A stretch of DNA of 64,000 bases from an uncultured Candidatus Binatia bacterium (GCA_965213675.1 OZ243916.1:640001-704000); one strand, 5' to 3'. Positions 15,301 through 21,570 are shown, numbered from the stretch's first letter. The notes: generated by a model from the sequence alone, not told the origin. Numbers and translations are program-made.

Positions 15301-15818
15301 ATGACGACAGCGCCGGCGGACTGGGCACGGAAATCGGCGGGACGTTGCCTTGGGAGAGCGCTTCGGGGGTTTGGAGCGGCTCGTTGGCCGGGCGCGTGTT
15401 GCTGGCGCGCGACCAAGGACGCGAGTGGGGCTTCGGCGCCGATGTGCGGATGTCGTCGGCGGGCGGCTTGGGGCCGTTCCTGGAAGTAGCGCCTTCATGG
15501 GGCGTTACCGACGATGGCGCCGCCGCCCTGTGGGACCGGGGATTGGAGCAAACGTCCACCGGCCGGGAAGACGACGAGCCGGGCGCCCTCACCCTGGACA
15601 TCAAGACGGGCTGGGCCATGCGGAGCCGCGAAAACGACGACGTATGGACTCCCTACACCGGCTTCTCATTGCCTGAGAACGACGCGTGGGCCGCGCGCAT
15701 CGGGGTGGAGATGGCCGCGGCAAGCGGATTGAACATGGCAATGGAAGGCGAGCGCCGGCAACCTGACGCCGGCGCCGCCGAGTACGAGGTCTCCCTCAAG
15801 CTGCGGATCCGTTGGTAG
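1..15818 (+). CDS. Giant repeat surface protein/adhesin: Calx-beta and Ig-like repeats with a C-terminal outer-membrane beta-barrel (autotransporter-like); 5'-truncated by the window edge
   Basis: Open frame 3..15818 (5271 aa) begins mid-repeat. Calx-beta signatures (LSFAAGDTTKTVTVQTTEDVLHEGNETFEVRLS...GVGTIEDDD) alternate with a 116-aa Ig-like unit (ITLAASPDKVGEE...DFTVTIAAGA...FTLTPTNDTLDEPDETIQVTG). Amphipathic beta-strand C-terminus ends LKLRIRW (terminal aromatic, BAM-type signal). Confidence 0.9.
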   Translation, partial: VTRSGATGNVVSVKWATALVDEAGGASAGDFTQTTNPATLNFAAGVTTKTITVRTTEDVLHEGNETFEVRLSEAAKGPNDPAPATPEITDATGVGTIEDDDAAPTGITLAASRDKVGEQAGATTVTVTASVNGTTRYVDAKEVTVSVGGGTATEVTDYAAVTDFTVTIAAGAASAAGTFTLTPTDDTLDEPDETIQVTGASGPLAITADTVTIEDNDATPSFSVADASVPEGGAAAFVVTRSGATGNAVSVDWETALRSGAGAAGAGDFMQATAATLSFAAGDTTKTVTVQTTEDVLHEGNEAFEVRLSGAAKAADDPGPATPVIADATAVGTIEDDDAAPSGITLAASPDAAGEEAGATTVTVTASVNGTTRYVDAKAVVVSVGGRTATEARDYAAVSDFTVTIAAGAASATGTFTLTPTNDTLDEPDETVQTTGTSGSLAITADTLTIEDDDATPSFSVADATATEGGAAAFVVTRSGATGNAVSVDWKTALSSGAGAASAADFTQATNAATLSFAAGDTAKTVTVQTTEDVLHEGNETFEVRLSGAAKASDDPGPATPEIADGTGVGTIEDDDAAPSGITLAASPDKVGEEDGGTRVTVTASVNGGTRYADAKAVVVSVDGGTATEARDYAAVSDFTVTIGAGAASGSGMFTLTPTNDTLDEPDETLQVTGTSGSLAITADTLTIEDDDATPSFSVANATATEGNAAAFVVTRSGATGNAVSVDWKTALSSGAGAASAADFTQATNAATLSFAAGDTTKTVTVQTTEDVLHEGNETFEVRLSGAAKAADDPGPATPQIADATGVGTIEDDDAAPSGITLAASPDKAGEEDSATTVTVTASVNGVTRYADAKAVVVSVGGGTAVEGTDYADVSDFTVTIAAGATSATGTFTLTPTDDTLDEPNETLQVTGASGSLTVTPDTLTIEDDEVTPSFSVADATATEGGAAAFVVTRSGATGNAVSVDWKTALSSGAGAASATDFTQATNAATLSFAAGDTTKTVTVQTTEDVLHEGNETFEVRLSGAAKASSDPGPATPVIADATGVGTIEDDDAAPSGITLAASPDKVGEEDGATTVTVTASVNGLTRYADAKAVVVSVGGGTATEATDYTAVSDFTVTIAAGAASATGTFTLTPTNDTLDEPDETVQITGTSGSLAITADTLTIEDDDATPSFSVADATATEGNAAAFVVTRSGATGNAVSVDWKTALSSGAGAASAADFTQATNAATLSFAAGDTTKTVTVQTTEDVLHEGNETFEVRLSGAAKASNDPGPATPEIADGTGVGTIEDDDAAPSGITLAASPDKAGEEDGGTTVTVTASVNGATRYADAKAVLVSVGGGTATEATDYTAVSDFTVTIGAGAASGSGTFTLTPVNDTLDEPDETIQVTGTSGSLTVTGDTITIEDNDAAPDGITLAASPDKVGEEDRATRVTVTASVNGQTRYVDAQVVRVSVGGGTAMEGTDYTTVSDFTVTIAAGAASATGTFTLTPTNDTLDEPDETIQVTGASGSLTVAGDTITIEDNDAAPSFSVADATVTEGGAAAFVVTRSGATGNAVSVDWKTALLSGAGAASAGDFTQATNAATLSFAAGDTTKTVKVQTTEDVLDEGNETFEVRLSDAAKASDDPGPATPEVTDGTGVGTIEDDDAAPSGITLVASPDKVGEEDGATRVTVTASVNGTTRYVDEKVVVVDVGGGTAIAGTDYTTVSDFTVTIGAGAASAAGTFRLTPINDVVDEPDETIQVTGTSGSLAVTADTLTIEDNETAPTVTLVLTPVKVVEGDAGKVAGTSAVTATLSGDSSEAVVLTVGTAPGEDTATSDYTVSANKKLTIAAETRSSTGTVTVTPVDNDVDAPDKTVTVTATVTGGNGIAAPGSKTLTLEDDDDRGVTVTESGDGTVVEEDGDTDTYTVELNSEPTDTVRIGVASSHTSLATVDVNTLTFTSQNWDQPQTVTVTGANESFANSDGSRTVTITHTVSASGTDYARETVESVEVTVEDNDDAPEIIEVKDKDIGRPNIPPVDEGAGPTQIELVVAFPGETLFDVDKTVTVEVGTSDDTATEGVDYTTVGTHSLTIEAGERGTTFTFTLTPTDDVLDEPDETLRVKATVDGETISTTTTITIEDNDAAPSGITLAASPDKAGEEDSATTVTVTASVNGTTRYVDAKAVVVSVGGGTAVKGTDYAAVSDFTVTIAAGAASAAGTFTLTPTNDTLDEPDETLQITGTSGSLAITADTLTIEDDDATPSFSVADATATEGNAAAFVVTRSGATGNAVSVDWKTALSSGAGAASAADFTQATNAATLSFAAGDTTKTVTVQTTEDVLHEGNETFEVRLSGAAKASSDPGPATPVIADATAVGIIEDNDAAPSGITLAASPDKVGEEDGGTRVTVTASVNGLTRYADAKAVVVSVGGGTATEATDYAAVSDFTVTIAAGADSGSGTFTLTPTNDTLDEPDETLQVTGTSGSLAITADTLTIEDDDATPSFSVADATATEGNAAAFVVTRSGATGNAVSVDWKTALSSGAGAASAADFTQATNAATLSFAAGDTTKTVTVQTTEDVLHEGNETFEVRLSGAAKAADDPGPATPEIADATGVGTIEDDDAAPSGITLAASPDKVGEEDGATTVTVTASVNGLTRYADAKAVVVSVGGGTATEATDYAAVSDFTVTIGAGAASGSGTFRLTPANDTLDEPDETIQVTGTSGSLAVTGDTVTIEDNDTAPGGVTLAASPDKVGEEDGATRVTVTASVNGLTRYADAKAVVVSVDGGTATEATDYTAVTDFTVTIGAGAASGSGTFTLTPVNDTLDEPDETIQVTGASGSLTVTGDTVTIEDNDAVPGGITLAASPDQVGEEDGATTVTVTASVNGTTRYADAKAVVVSVGGGTATEATDYAAVSDFTVTIGAGAASGSGTFTLTPANDTLDEPDETIQVTGTSGSLAVTGDTVTIEDNDAAPGGITLAASPDQVGEEDGATTVTVTASVNGVTRYGSDTAVVVSVGGGTATEATDYAAVSDFTVTIGAGAASGSGTFTLTPVNDTLDEPDETIQVTGTSGSLAVTGDTVTIEDNDAAPGGITLAASPDQVGEEDGATTVTVTASVNGVTRYGSDTAVVVSVGGGTATEATDYAAVSDFTVTIGAGAASGSGTFTLTPANDTLDEPDETIQVTGTSGSLTVTGDTVTIEDNDAAPGGVTLAASPDKVGEEDGATRVTVTASVNGATRYADAKAVVVSVGGGTATEATDYTAVSDFTVTIGAGAASGSETFTLTPVNDTLDEPDETIQVTGTSGSLAVTGDTVTIEDNDAAPGGVTLAASPDQVGEEDGATRVTVTASVNGLTRYGSDTVVRVSVGGGTATEATDYTAVTAFTVTIGAGAASGSGTFTLTPVNDTLDEPDETIQVTGTSGSLTVTGDTITIEDNDAAPSGITLVASPDSVNEGSGATTVMVTASVNGATRPGSDTAVVVSVGGGTATAGEDYAAVSDFTVTIGAGAASGSGTFTLTPANDTLDEPDETIQVTGTSGSLTVTGDTITIEDNDAAPSGITLVASPDSVNEGSGATTVTVTASVNGATRPGSDTAVVVSVGGGTATVGEDYATVSDFTVTIGAGAASGSGTFTLTPINDTLDEPDETIQVTGASGSLTVTGDTVTIEDNDATPGGITLAANPDKVGEEDGATTVTVTASVNGVTRYGSDTAVVVSVGGGTATEATDYATVSDFTVTIGAGAASGSETFTLTPANDTLDEPDETIQVTGTSGSLTVTGDTVTIEDNDAAPGGITLAANPDKVGEEDGATTVTVTASVNGATRPGSDTAVVVSVGGGTATAGEDYATVSDFTVTIGAGAASGSGTFTLTPINDTRDEPNETIQVTGASVSLAVTGDTITLEDNDAAPTPAPRPVPTGITLAASPDKVNEGSGATTVTVTASVDGTARFGSATAVLVSVGGGTATAGEDYATVTDFTVTIGAGAASGSGTFTLTPTNDVMDEPDETIQVTGASGLVTVTGDTIFLEDNDAAPSGLTLVANPDRVGEDDGATTVTVTAWVNGVTRYVDAQAVRVSVGGGTATAGTDYATVGDFTVTIGAGAASGSGTFTLTPTNDVMDEPDETIQVTGASGSLAVTGDTLTLEDNDDAPAVQLVLTPGTITEDGSTSVVSAIMNGQSSQTVTLAVAAAPGAGTAASDYTMTGSTLTIASGAQSSTGRVAITAVDNNLSNPSRYVIVSATASGTVKGPQDVSLTIIDDETAPVGAVLSATPSSLNEDSGKTPVAVTATVDGAPRSAATVLQVSVSPDTAQQADFVPVPGFSLTIAAGETQGTATFHLTPVDDLIDETRETLEIAGTTTVTDYAVTPAGMEIYNTDPPASNVMLSASPASITEEGGPQTITVTARFGKGHRGTDTAVTVSVTGNTASAADFEQVSDFVILIPSGTADASKDFVLTPVDDGVPEETEIITISGTTSVPNLTVFPGALLIMDQDTEPTAVTLSASPDAVPEDGGPRVVQVRAAVDGPGRFPSDRIVRVSVGASGDSARAGIDYANVDTFDVTIPAAAASGTGTFVLAPAPDAIHEQDETLSVTGTLAGVSVTGDTVSIVDDEPVPGVTLVVTPERISENGGGSRVTARLDRKSEVGLAVAVEVAALAVAPAKAGDFELSANRTLLIAAGATESTGDVTLRAVDNDLHEGDKTIRLSGRTGGGDGATAPAPRDLTIVDDDTMPVLSIADARAREGEPMVFMVTRSGAPGNAVAVMWQTLDDADGPFPASAADYAGASTPQKLNFASGEMYKYIEVQTLEDPYVERDETFRARLTEAQGVAMIDPARRDGKGTIEDDDTAKGERITRLNEDILGRVGSALVRSRMDQIGECIEHGASGQGDDVARTLAHWAKANADDANRLDRREARSTRDILNGATLSAGWQSHQEVPSAGDLMLCLGLGADVRSLSSGDSDSFDWDGELWDVHLGGNMRLGSHTLVGVEVSEHRARIDWTLKGAPANADGDWRMNLTTVHPYAAWFNPEGQRLWLIGGFGLGDLRIMEDSDYDEKSDLGLRSVYLGGVVPLDGNWGDLSLRLRGDAWYGTLEADDNGKLVTGAKARLEGARVFLEAQRRVALGDGGWLLPSARLALQYDDSAGGLGTEIGGTLPWESASGVWSGSLAGRVLLARDQGREWGFGADVRMSSAGGLGPFLEVAPSWGVTDDGAAALWDRGLEQTSTGREDDEPGALTLDIKTGWAMRSRENDDVWTPYTGFSLPENDAWAARIGVEMAAASGLNMAMEGERRQPDAGAAEYEVSLKLRIRW

Positions 15819-15890
15819 CGCGCTGGCGGGCACGGCGCCGCATCCTCCGGGGCTCCGGGGTTGCAAAACCCTCTACGCGTATGGCATCCA

Positions 15891-16067
15891 CTAGTGTTGC
15901 GTTCGGCACATACGTTGACGAATCTGCGCGGGTATTTCTTGTTGTCGGTCTTGTTGTCCGCAAGGCGCGACGACGAGCAGTGGCGTGTACCACGCGAGGA
16001 AAAGCCACGCAGCCGACGGCAAAAGGACAAGCAGATTCGTCAACGTATTTGCCGAACGCAACACTGG
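15891..16067. mobile_element. MITE-like element, family A copy 1 (37-bp TIRs, CTAG/CTGG ends)
   Basis: CTAGTGTTGCGTTCGGCACATACGTTGACGAATCTGC (15891-15927) is inverted at 16031-16067 with 35/37 identity. Its interior is homologous to 42488-42555. Confidence 0.85.
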
Positions 16068-16130
16068 CAGCTTGCGCCGCGGGAATTCGCGAATGCGAAA
16101 CTGGCTATCGTCGTGACGGCGGCGCAACTC
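16068..16130. mobile_element. MITE-like element, family C, short degenerate copy
   Basis: cAGCTTGCGCCGCGGGAATTCGCG...GCGGCGCAA-CTC matches the ends at 26445, 29708 and 31076. Its interior matches the reverse complement of ~26553-26602. Confidence 0.6.
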
Positions 16131-16218
16131 CGTATGTTCCATACCGCGCCGTCGCCGCAGGCCAGGGCGCGGTATCGACATTTCACGAACGTTCCGACTC
16201 ACGGGGAGGTTATGCGCC

Positions 16219-17256
16219 ATGCGGGGTTGGGTTACGCACGCATTCAACGACATGCGCCTGGAGGAATTGCCCGAGCCCGAGTGCCGGTCGGGCTGGGCGG
16301 TGCTGAAGACCCGGGTGGTGCAGCCGTCGGTGACCGAGGTGCAACTCTTCTACGGCGAGCGCTCCAACAGTTACGAAAAGGTCAGGACAAAGCTTGCCCA
16401 AGGCCCCGAGCCGCTGTTCGGGCACGAGTTCTGCGCCGAGATCGTCGAGATCGACAAGGACAACGGTTACGGCCTGTCGGTGGGTGATCGGGTGGGCGCC
16501 ACGCACACGGAGATCGGCACCATCGGACGTGACTTTCCCGGGCTTTTCTCCGAGTACGCCGCAGTGCCTCTGGACGCCCTCGCGAAGATTCCCGACGGCA
16601 TCAGCGATTGGGAGGTGTCGGCGCTGCAGCCGCTGACCAGTTGCGTGCACAACATCCAGGTTCTCGGCGTGACGCTGGGAGACACGGTGCTGGTGTTGGG
16701 GCAGGGTGTCATGGGGCTCAACTCGGCCCAGGCCGCCAAGGCCGCGGGCGCGGACACGGTCATCGGCACGGACATGCGCCCGGAGATCCTGAAGTTGGCC
16801 AAGGACCTTGGGGTGGACGTCACCATCGACGCATCCAGGGAGAACGTGGTGGATGCGGTGATGGACCTGAGCGGCGGCAAGGGTATTCCCTGCGTCATCG
16901 AGGCGGCCAGCGGCAGCCCGCAGATGGGCCTTTCCGGCGGCGCCACGGTGTCGGAAGCGGTGGCGTGCGTGGCCGCGGGCGGCAAAGTGCTCAGCATCCC
17001 GCACTTCCATGAGCCTGTGACACTTGACTTCAACTACCTGCGGGCCAAGCGCGTGACCTACATGTTTCCGCCGGAGCTGGCCCATCCCTCGGAGATGACC
17101 CTGGCGGCGCGCCTGGTGGCGCAAAAGCGCATCAACATCGATCCCATGATCACCCACAAGCTGGAGGGTATCGAGAAGATGACAGAAGCGCTGGAGATCA
17201 CCGCCAACAAGTCCAGGCACGGTGCGCTGAATCCGGCCCAGGTGCGGTTCTCCTGA
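16219..17256 (+). CDS. Medium-chain (zinc-binding-type) dehydrogenase/reductase with an altered metal site
   Basis: GHE motif (LFGHEFCAEIVEI), Rossmann GQGVMG, MDR-like C-terminus (PMITHKLEGIE). GGAGGT RBS at 16205. Confidence 0.8.
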   Translation: MRGWVTHAFNDMRLEELPEPECRSGWAVLKTRVVQPSVTEVQLFYGERSNSYEKVRTKLAQGPEPLFGHEFCAEIVEIDKDNGYGLSVGDRVGATHTEIGTIGRDFPGLFSEYAAVPLDALAKIPDGISDWEVSALQPLTSCVHNIQVLGVTLGDTVLVLGQGVMGLNSAQAAKAAGADTVIGTDMRPEILKLAKDLGVDVTIDASRENVVDAVMDLSGGKGIPCVIEAASGSPQMGLSGGATVSEAVACVAAGGKVLSIPHFHEPVTLDFNYLRAKRVTYMFPPELAHPSEMTLAARLVAQKRINIDPMITHKLEGIEKMTEALEITANKSRHGALNPAQVRFS

Positions 17257-17391
17257 CCGGAGCCCCGTGGTAGACTCGCGCTCTGCGATTCCCCATGCGA
17301 CCGCTGCACCAACCGAATCTCGACCCGGCTCCCGGCACGCTTTGTCCGTGCAAGAGAACGGGAGCACGACACAATCCTGAAGGAGGCAACC

Positions 17392-18399
17392 ATGAACGCC
17401 AAGATCATTGACGCGGACGGACATGTCCGGGACCGGGATGCAGACATCCGCGCCCACATGGAAGATCCCTGGAACAAGCGCGAGGGGTCGCTGCTGCCGT
17501 CGGACGAGTGGGATTCGAGCATGTTCGGCACCCTGGGAATGAACATCACCGACGTGCCTACGCGCCTGCGCGACATGGACACCGAAGGCATTGAGATGTC
17601 GGTGCTGTTTCCCACGGGCGCGTTCCATGTGAACCGCATGCCGGAAAAGGCCTACGCGGGAGCGTTTGCGCGCGCCTACAACAACTGGATTTCCAGCATG
17701 TGCAGCGAGGCGCCGGAGCGGCTCAAGGGCGTGGGCGTGGCGCCTTTCCAGGACGTGCCCGCGGCGGTGGCCGAGATCAACCGCGCGGTCACCAAACTGG
17801 GGGTGGTGGGGATCACCGTCGGAACCTTCGGCATGAAGGATCACTTGGGGCAGGAGCTTTTCTGGCCCATCTACGAGGAACTCGAGCGCCTCAACGTGCC
17901 GCTGCTGATCCACAACTCGCGCTCGGGACCGGCGGGCGAGAACCGCTTCGATACGTTTCTGTTCAAGCACACCATCGGCCGCCCCTTCGAGACCCTGCTG
18001 GACTGCGCCGCGCTCATGTACGGCGGCGTTCCCGAACGGTTCCCGAAGCTGCGCATCGCGTTCCTGGAATGCGGCGTCGGCTGGGTGCCGTACTGGATGG
18101 ACCGCATGGACGAAGAATACGAGCACCGGAAGTCCGAGGCGCCGTTGCTCAAGGCCATGCCCAGCGAGTACATGAAGGCGGGCAACTGGTACTATGCGGC
18201 GGAGCCCGAAGAGGAGAGCCTCCCTTACGGCATCGAGCGCATCGGCGACAAGAACATCGTGTTCGCCTCCGACTATCCCCACTGGGACGGCATGTTCCCC
18301 AACGTGACCAAGACCATCAAGGAACGGACGGACATTTCCGAAGACTTCAAGGCCAGGTTCCTGGGCGAAAACGCCAAGGCGCTGTACGGCTGGAACTAG
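17392..18399 (+). CDS. Amidohydrolase_2 family protein (1 of 9)
   Basis: IDADGH, RAYNNW, LLIHN, FLECGVGW, FASDYPHWD; AAGGAGG RBS. Confidence 0.9.
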   Translation: MNAKIIDADGHVRDRDADIRAHMEDPWNKREGSLLPSDEWDSSMFGTLGMNITDVPTRLRDMDTEGIEMSVLFPTGAFHVNRMPEKAYAGAFARAYNNWISSMCSEAPERLKGVGVAPFQDVPAAVAEINRAVTKLGVVGITVGTFGMKDHLGQELFWPIYEELERLNVPLLIHNSRSGPAGENRFDTFLFKHTIGRPFETLLDCAALMYGGVPERFPKLRIAFLECGVGWVPYWMDRMDEEYEHRKSEAPLLKAMPSEYMKAGNWYYAAEPEEESLPYGIERIGDKNIVFASDYPHWDGMFPNVTKTIKERTDISEDFKARFLGENAKALYGWN

Positions 18400-18417
18400 G
18401 ACTACGGGGCTTTACAC

Positions 18418-18915
18418 GTGCGACTGAATGCCAGGGCCGGTTTCAGTATTCTGGTCCTTGTCTTCTTCTGCTACCTGGTATGGGAAGCTGCGGGGTGGCG
18501 CATGCAGGCGCGCCTCTATCCGTGGGCCATCGGCATTCCGATGATCTTCCTGGCGATCCTCAACATCGTGCAGGAGATCCTAGGTCCCGGGAAGGCCGAG
18601 GATGAGGGCGCCTCCAGCAACATGCCCTCCGATTTCCAGTTCACGCAACCGCTGGATATGGCGGTGGCGGTGCAACGCACCATCATCATCCTTTCCTGGA
18701 TCGTGGGCTTCCTGGCGGGCATATGGCTCGTGGGGTTTTCCATCACCGTCGCGGCCATGACGTTCGGTTATCTGAAACTCCAGTCGGGGGAGAGCTGGCC
18801 CATGTCGCTGATCCTCACGGCCTCGGCGTGGCTCATCTATTACATCGTGTTCGAGCGCACCCTGCTGCTGCCGTTTCCCGAGGGCCAGATCTTTCGTTGG
18901 CTGGGCATCGAATAG
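18418..18915 (+). CDS. tctB: Tripartite tricarboxylate transporter small permease, TctB family
   Basis: Four to five TM segments, C-terminal YIVFERTLLLPFPEG; adjacent to tctC/tctA. Confidence 0.8.
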   Translation: MRLNARAGFSILVLVFFCYLVWEAAGWRMQARLYPWAIGIPMIFLAILNIVQEILGPGKAEDEGASSNMPSDFQFTQPLDMAVAVQRTIIILSWIVGFLAGIWLVGFSITVAAMTFGYLKLQSGESWPMSLILTASAWLIYYIVFERTLLLPFPEGQIFRWLGIE

Positions 18916-18977
18916 ACCGGGCCAATGGCGCACGGCGTGTGTCGCAATGGTTGGGCTTCAACCAAGGGAGGTTTACA

Positions 18978-20036
18978 ATGACGAAACGAGTGATCGGTCG
19001 AACTTTTCTCGTGCTGCTGCTCGCCGGGTTTCTGTTCATGAGCCTGTCGGGCCAGGCGGCGGCCAAGGACTTCTACGAGGGCAAGACCATCCGCATCCTG
19101 GTGTGCTGCTCGCCGGGGGGGTTCTATGACCGGTGGGCCAGGCTGTTCGCGCGGCACATGGGCCAGTACATTCCGGGCAAGCCCGACATCATCGTCCAGA
19201 ACATGCCCGGGGCCGGCTCCCTCATCGCCGCCAACTACGTCTACAACGTCGCCAAGCAGGATGGCACGGCCTGGGTGATGCCATTGGCGGGCCTGTACCT
19301 GGACCAGGTGGTGGGGCGCAAGGAGGTGCAGTTCGACATTGCCAAGTTTCAGTGGATCGGCACCCAGGAGGTGAGCCACTCCGTGCTCTTCTGCCGCAGC
19401 GACTCGAAGTTCAAGAGCATCGACGACCTCATCAAGACCAAGGACGACCCGGCGCGGCTCGGCAATACCGGCACCGCGGGCAACAGCTACCTCATGGGGA
19501 AGATCCTGGAACAGGGCTTGGGCGCGAACTTCAATTTCGTCATGGGCTATCCCGGCGGCAGCGAGATCGATCTGGCGGTGGAACGGGGAGAGGTGCTGTG
19601 CCGCGGCCTGAGCATACCCCCGTTTTTTGGCCGCGAGCCCTATCTGACGTGGCACAAGAAGAACTTCGCCCGGCCCTTGGCTCAGAGCGGCAGGGAGCGG
19701 GACGAGAGGCTTCCAGACACGCCGACGTTGTATGAGTTGTTCGACAAGTACAATGCGCCGGAGGACATCCGGGCCATGGCCAGGGTCATCTTTGCCAGCG
19801 GCGACTTCGGACGTCCGTTCGCCGTGGCGCCGGGGGTGCCGGCGGAGCGCGTGAAGATCCTGCGCGATGCCTATGCCAAGGCCTTGCAGGACCCGGAGCT
19901 GGCCGCCGAGGCCAAGAAGGGAAGAATGGTGCCCTACAAACTGCTCCGGGGTGAGGAGCTTCAGGAGTTGGCCAAGAACGTCGTCAGCCAGCCCGAGGGC
20001 GTGGTGAACGGCGTGAAGGGACTGCTCGGGAGGTAG
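18978..20036 (+). CDS. tctC: Tripartite tricarboxylate transporter substrate-binding protein (TctC/Bug)
   Basis: Signal peptide, FYEGKTIRILV..SPGGFYD, VQNMPGAGSLIAANY, GYPGG; GGAGG RBS before ATG 18978. Confidence 0.9.
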   Translation: MTKRVIGRTFLVLLLAGFLFMSLSGQAAAKDFYEGKTIRILVCCSPGGFYDRWARLFARHMGQYIPGKPDIIVQNMPGAGSLIAANYVYNVAKQDGTAWVMPLAGLYLDQVVGRKEVQFDIAKFQWIGTQEVSHSVLFCRSDSKFKSIDDLIKTKDDPARLGNTGTAGNSYLMGKILEQGLGANFNFVMGYPGGSEIDLAVERGEVLCRGLSIPPFFGREPYLTWHKKNFARPLAQSGRERDERLPDTPTLYELFDKYNAPEDIRAMARVIFASGDFGRPFAVAPGVPAERVKILRDAYAKALQDPELAAEAKKGRMVPYKLLRGEELQELAKNVVSQPEGVVNGVKGLLGR

Positions 20037-20046
20037 GTCTCAGGCC

Positions 20047-21570
20047 ATGATGTTCGACGCCTTCATCTCGGGACTGCTGCACGTCCTGTCGTGGCCGGCC
20101 TTCGGGTTCCTGCTGCTGGGGGCGTTCGTGGGCTTCGTCGTGGGGATTCTCCCCGGCCTGGGCGGCTTGGCCACCCTGGCGCTGATGCTCCCGTTCGCCT
20201 ACAAGATTCAGGAACCCATATCGGCTTTCGCCTTTCTCCTGGGGATGCATGCCATCACCGGCACCACCGGTGACCTCACCTCGATTCTCTTCGGCATCCC
20301 GGGGGAAGGCACGGCCGCGGCCACTATCATGGACGGGTACCCGATGACCAAGAACGGCGAGGCCGGCCGGGCCATGGGCGCCGCGCTCATGAGCTCGCTG
20401 GTGGCCGGCCTCGAAGGCGCCCTCATCCTGGCCCTCGCCATTCCCATCATGCGCCCGCTGGTGCTGTTCTTCGGCTCTCCCGAGCTGTTCATGCTGGCGA
20501 TTCTGGGAATCACGTTCATCGCGTCGCTGAGCGGATCGTCGCTCACCAAGGGCCTCCTGTGCGGAGGCATCGGACTCATGCTGGCGGCCATCGGGGTCGA
20601 TCCCCAGACCGGGACGCTGCGTTACACCATGGGTACGCTCTATCTCTGGGATGGCCTGAGCCTGGGACCCGTGGTGGTCGGGCTCTTCGCCATCCCGGAG
20701 ATCATCGATCTGGCGGTGCGCGGCACCAGCATCGCCGAAGCCAAGGTCGAGAAGATCACCGGAGTCATGGAGGGCGTCAAGGACACCTTCCGCCATTTCT
20801 GGCTGACCATGCGCTGCGGTTTCATCGGCGCGTTCATCGGCGCGTTGCCGGGCCTGGGCGGCGGCGTGTCCCAGTGGCTGGCCTACGGCCACGCGGTGCA
20901 GTCGTCCAAGGACAAGAGCCGCTTCGGCAAAGGCGCGGTGGAGGGCGTACTGGGACCCGGCGCCGCCAACAACTCCCGCGAGGGAGGTAACCTCATTCCC
21001 ACCGTGGCCTTCGGCATTCCCGGCAGCAGCGCCATGGCGATCCTTTTGGGCGCCTTCCTCATCGTCGGTCTCAATCCCGGACCGGAGATGCTCACCAAGC
21101 ACCTGGACGTGACCTTCGCCATGGTGTGGATCCTGGTGGTGGCCAACATCATCACCGCGGGCGCGTGCTTCCTGTTCCTGAACCAGCTCGTGAAGCTCAC
21201 CTTCGTGCGCGGCCACTTGCTGATTCCGTTCCTGCTTATGTTCGTGTTCCTGGGCGCCTTCGCGGCCCACAACAACTTCAGCGACATCATCGTCACCGTC
21301 ATCTTCGGGCTGCTGGGCTACGTCATGGTGCTGTTCCAGTGGCCACGGCCGCCCTTTGTGCTGGGGCTGGTGCTGGGGACCATCGTTGAGAATTACCTGT
21401 GGATCTCCAGCAGCGCCTACGGCGCCGGTTGGCTGACGCAACCCACCGTGGTGTGCATTGCCATCCTGATTGTCGGGACCATCGTCTACTCGGCCATTCA
21501 GGCGTACAGGGGCCGTTCGCTGGAGGAGGAACTCGAAAAGCGGATCGGAGGCGAGAGCACTCACGAGTAG
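20047..21570 (+). CDS. tctA: Tripartite tricarboxylate transporter large permease, TctA family
   Basis: GILPGLG, SILFGIPG, DGYPMTKNG, AANNS..GNLIPTVAFGIPGS. Confidence 0.93.
   Translation: MMFDAFISGLLHVLSWPAFGFLLLGAFVGFVVGILPGLGGLATLALMLPFAYKIQEPISAFAFLLGMHAITGTTGDLTSILFGIPGEGTAAATIMDGYPMTKNGEAGRAMGAALMSSLVAGLEGALILALAIPIMRPLVLFFGSPELFMLAILGITFIASLSGSSLTKGLLCGGIGLMLAAIGVDPQTGTLRYTMGTLYLWDGLSLGPVVVGLFAIPEIIDLAVRGTSIAEAKVEKITGVMEGVKDTFRHFWLTMRCGFIGAFIGALPGLGGGVSQWLAYGHAVQSSKDKSRFGKGAVEGVLGPGAANNSREGGNLIPTVAFGIPGSSAMAILLGAFLIVGLNPGPEMLTKHLDVTFAMVWILVVANIITAGACFLFLNQLVKLTFVRGHLLIPFLLMFVFLGAFAAHNNFSDIIVTVIFGLLGYVMVLFQWPRPPFVLGLVLGTIVENYLWISSSAYGAGWLTQPTVVCIAILIVGTIVYSAIQAYRGRSLEEELEKRIGGESTHE

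Noticed and set aside
2028-15416. Long antisense ORFs (921, 685 and 994 aa) and periodic 99-236 aa ORFs over the adhesin
   Set aside because: Arg/His-rich or Ser/Pro-rich shadow frames produced by high GC and the repeat structure; no independent motifs.
1-15818. Diversity-generating retroelement acting on the adhesin
   Set aside because: No reverse transcriptase in the window, and repeat differences are not adenine-specific template/variable pairs.
15812-16487. ORFs 15812..16306, 15861..16487 and 15891..16253
   Set aside because: They run through MITE sequence and overlap the dehydrogenase; no coding signature.
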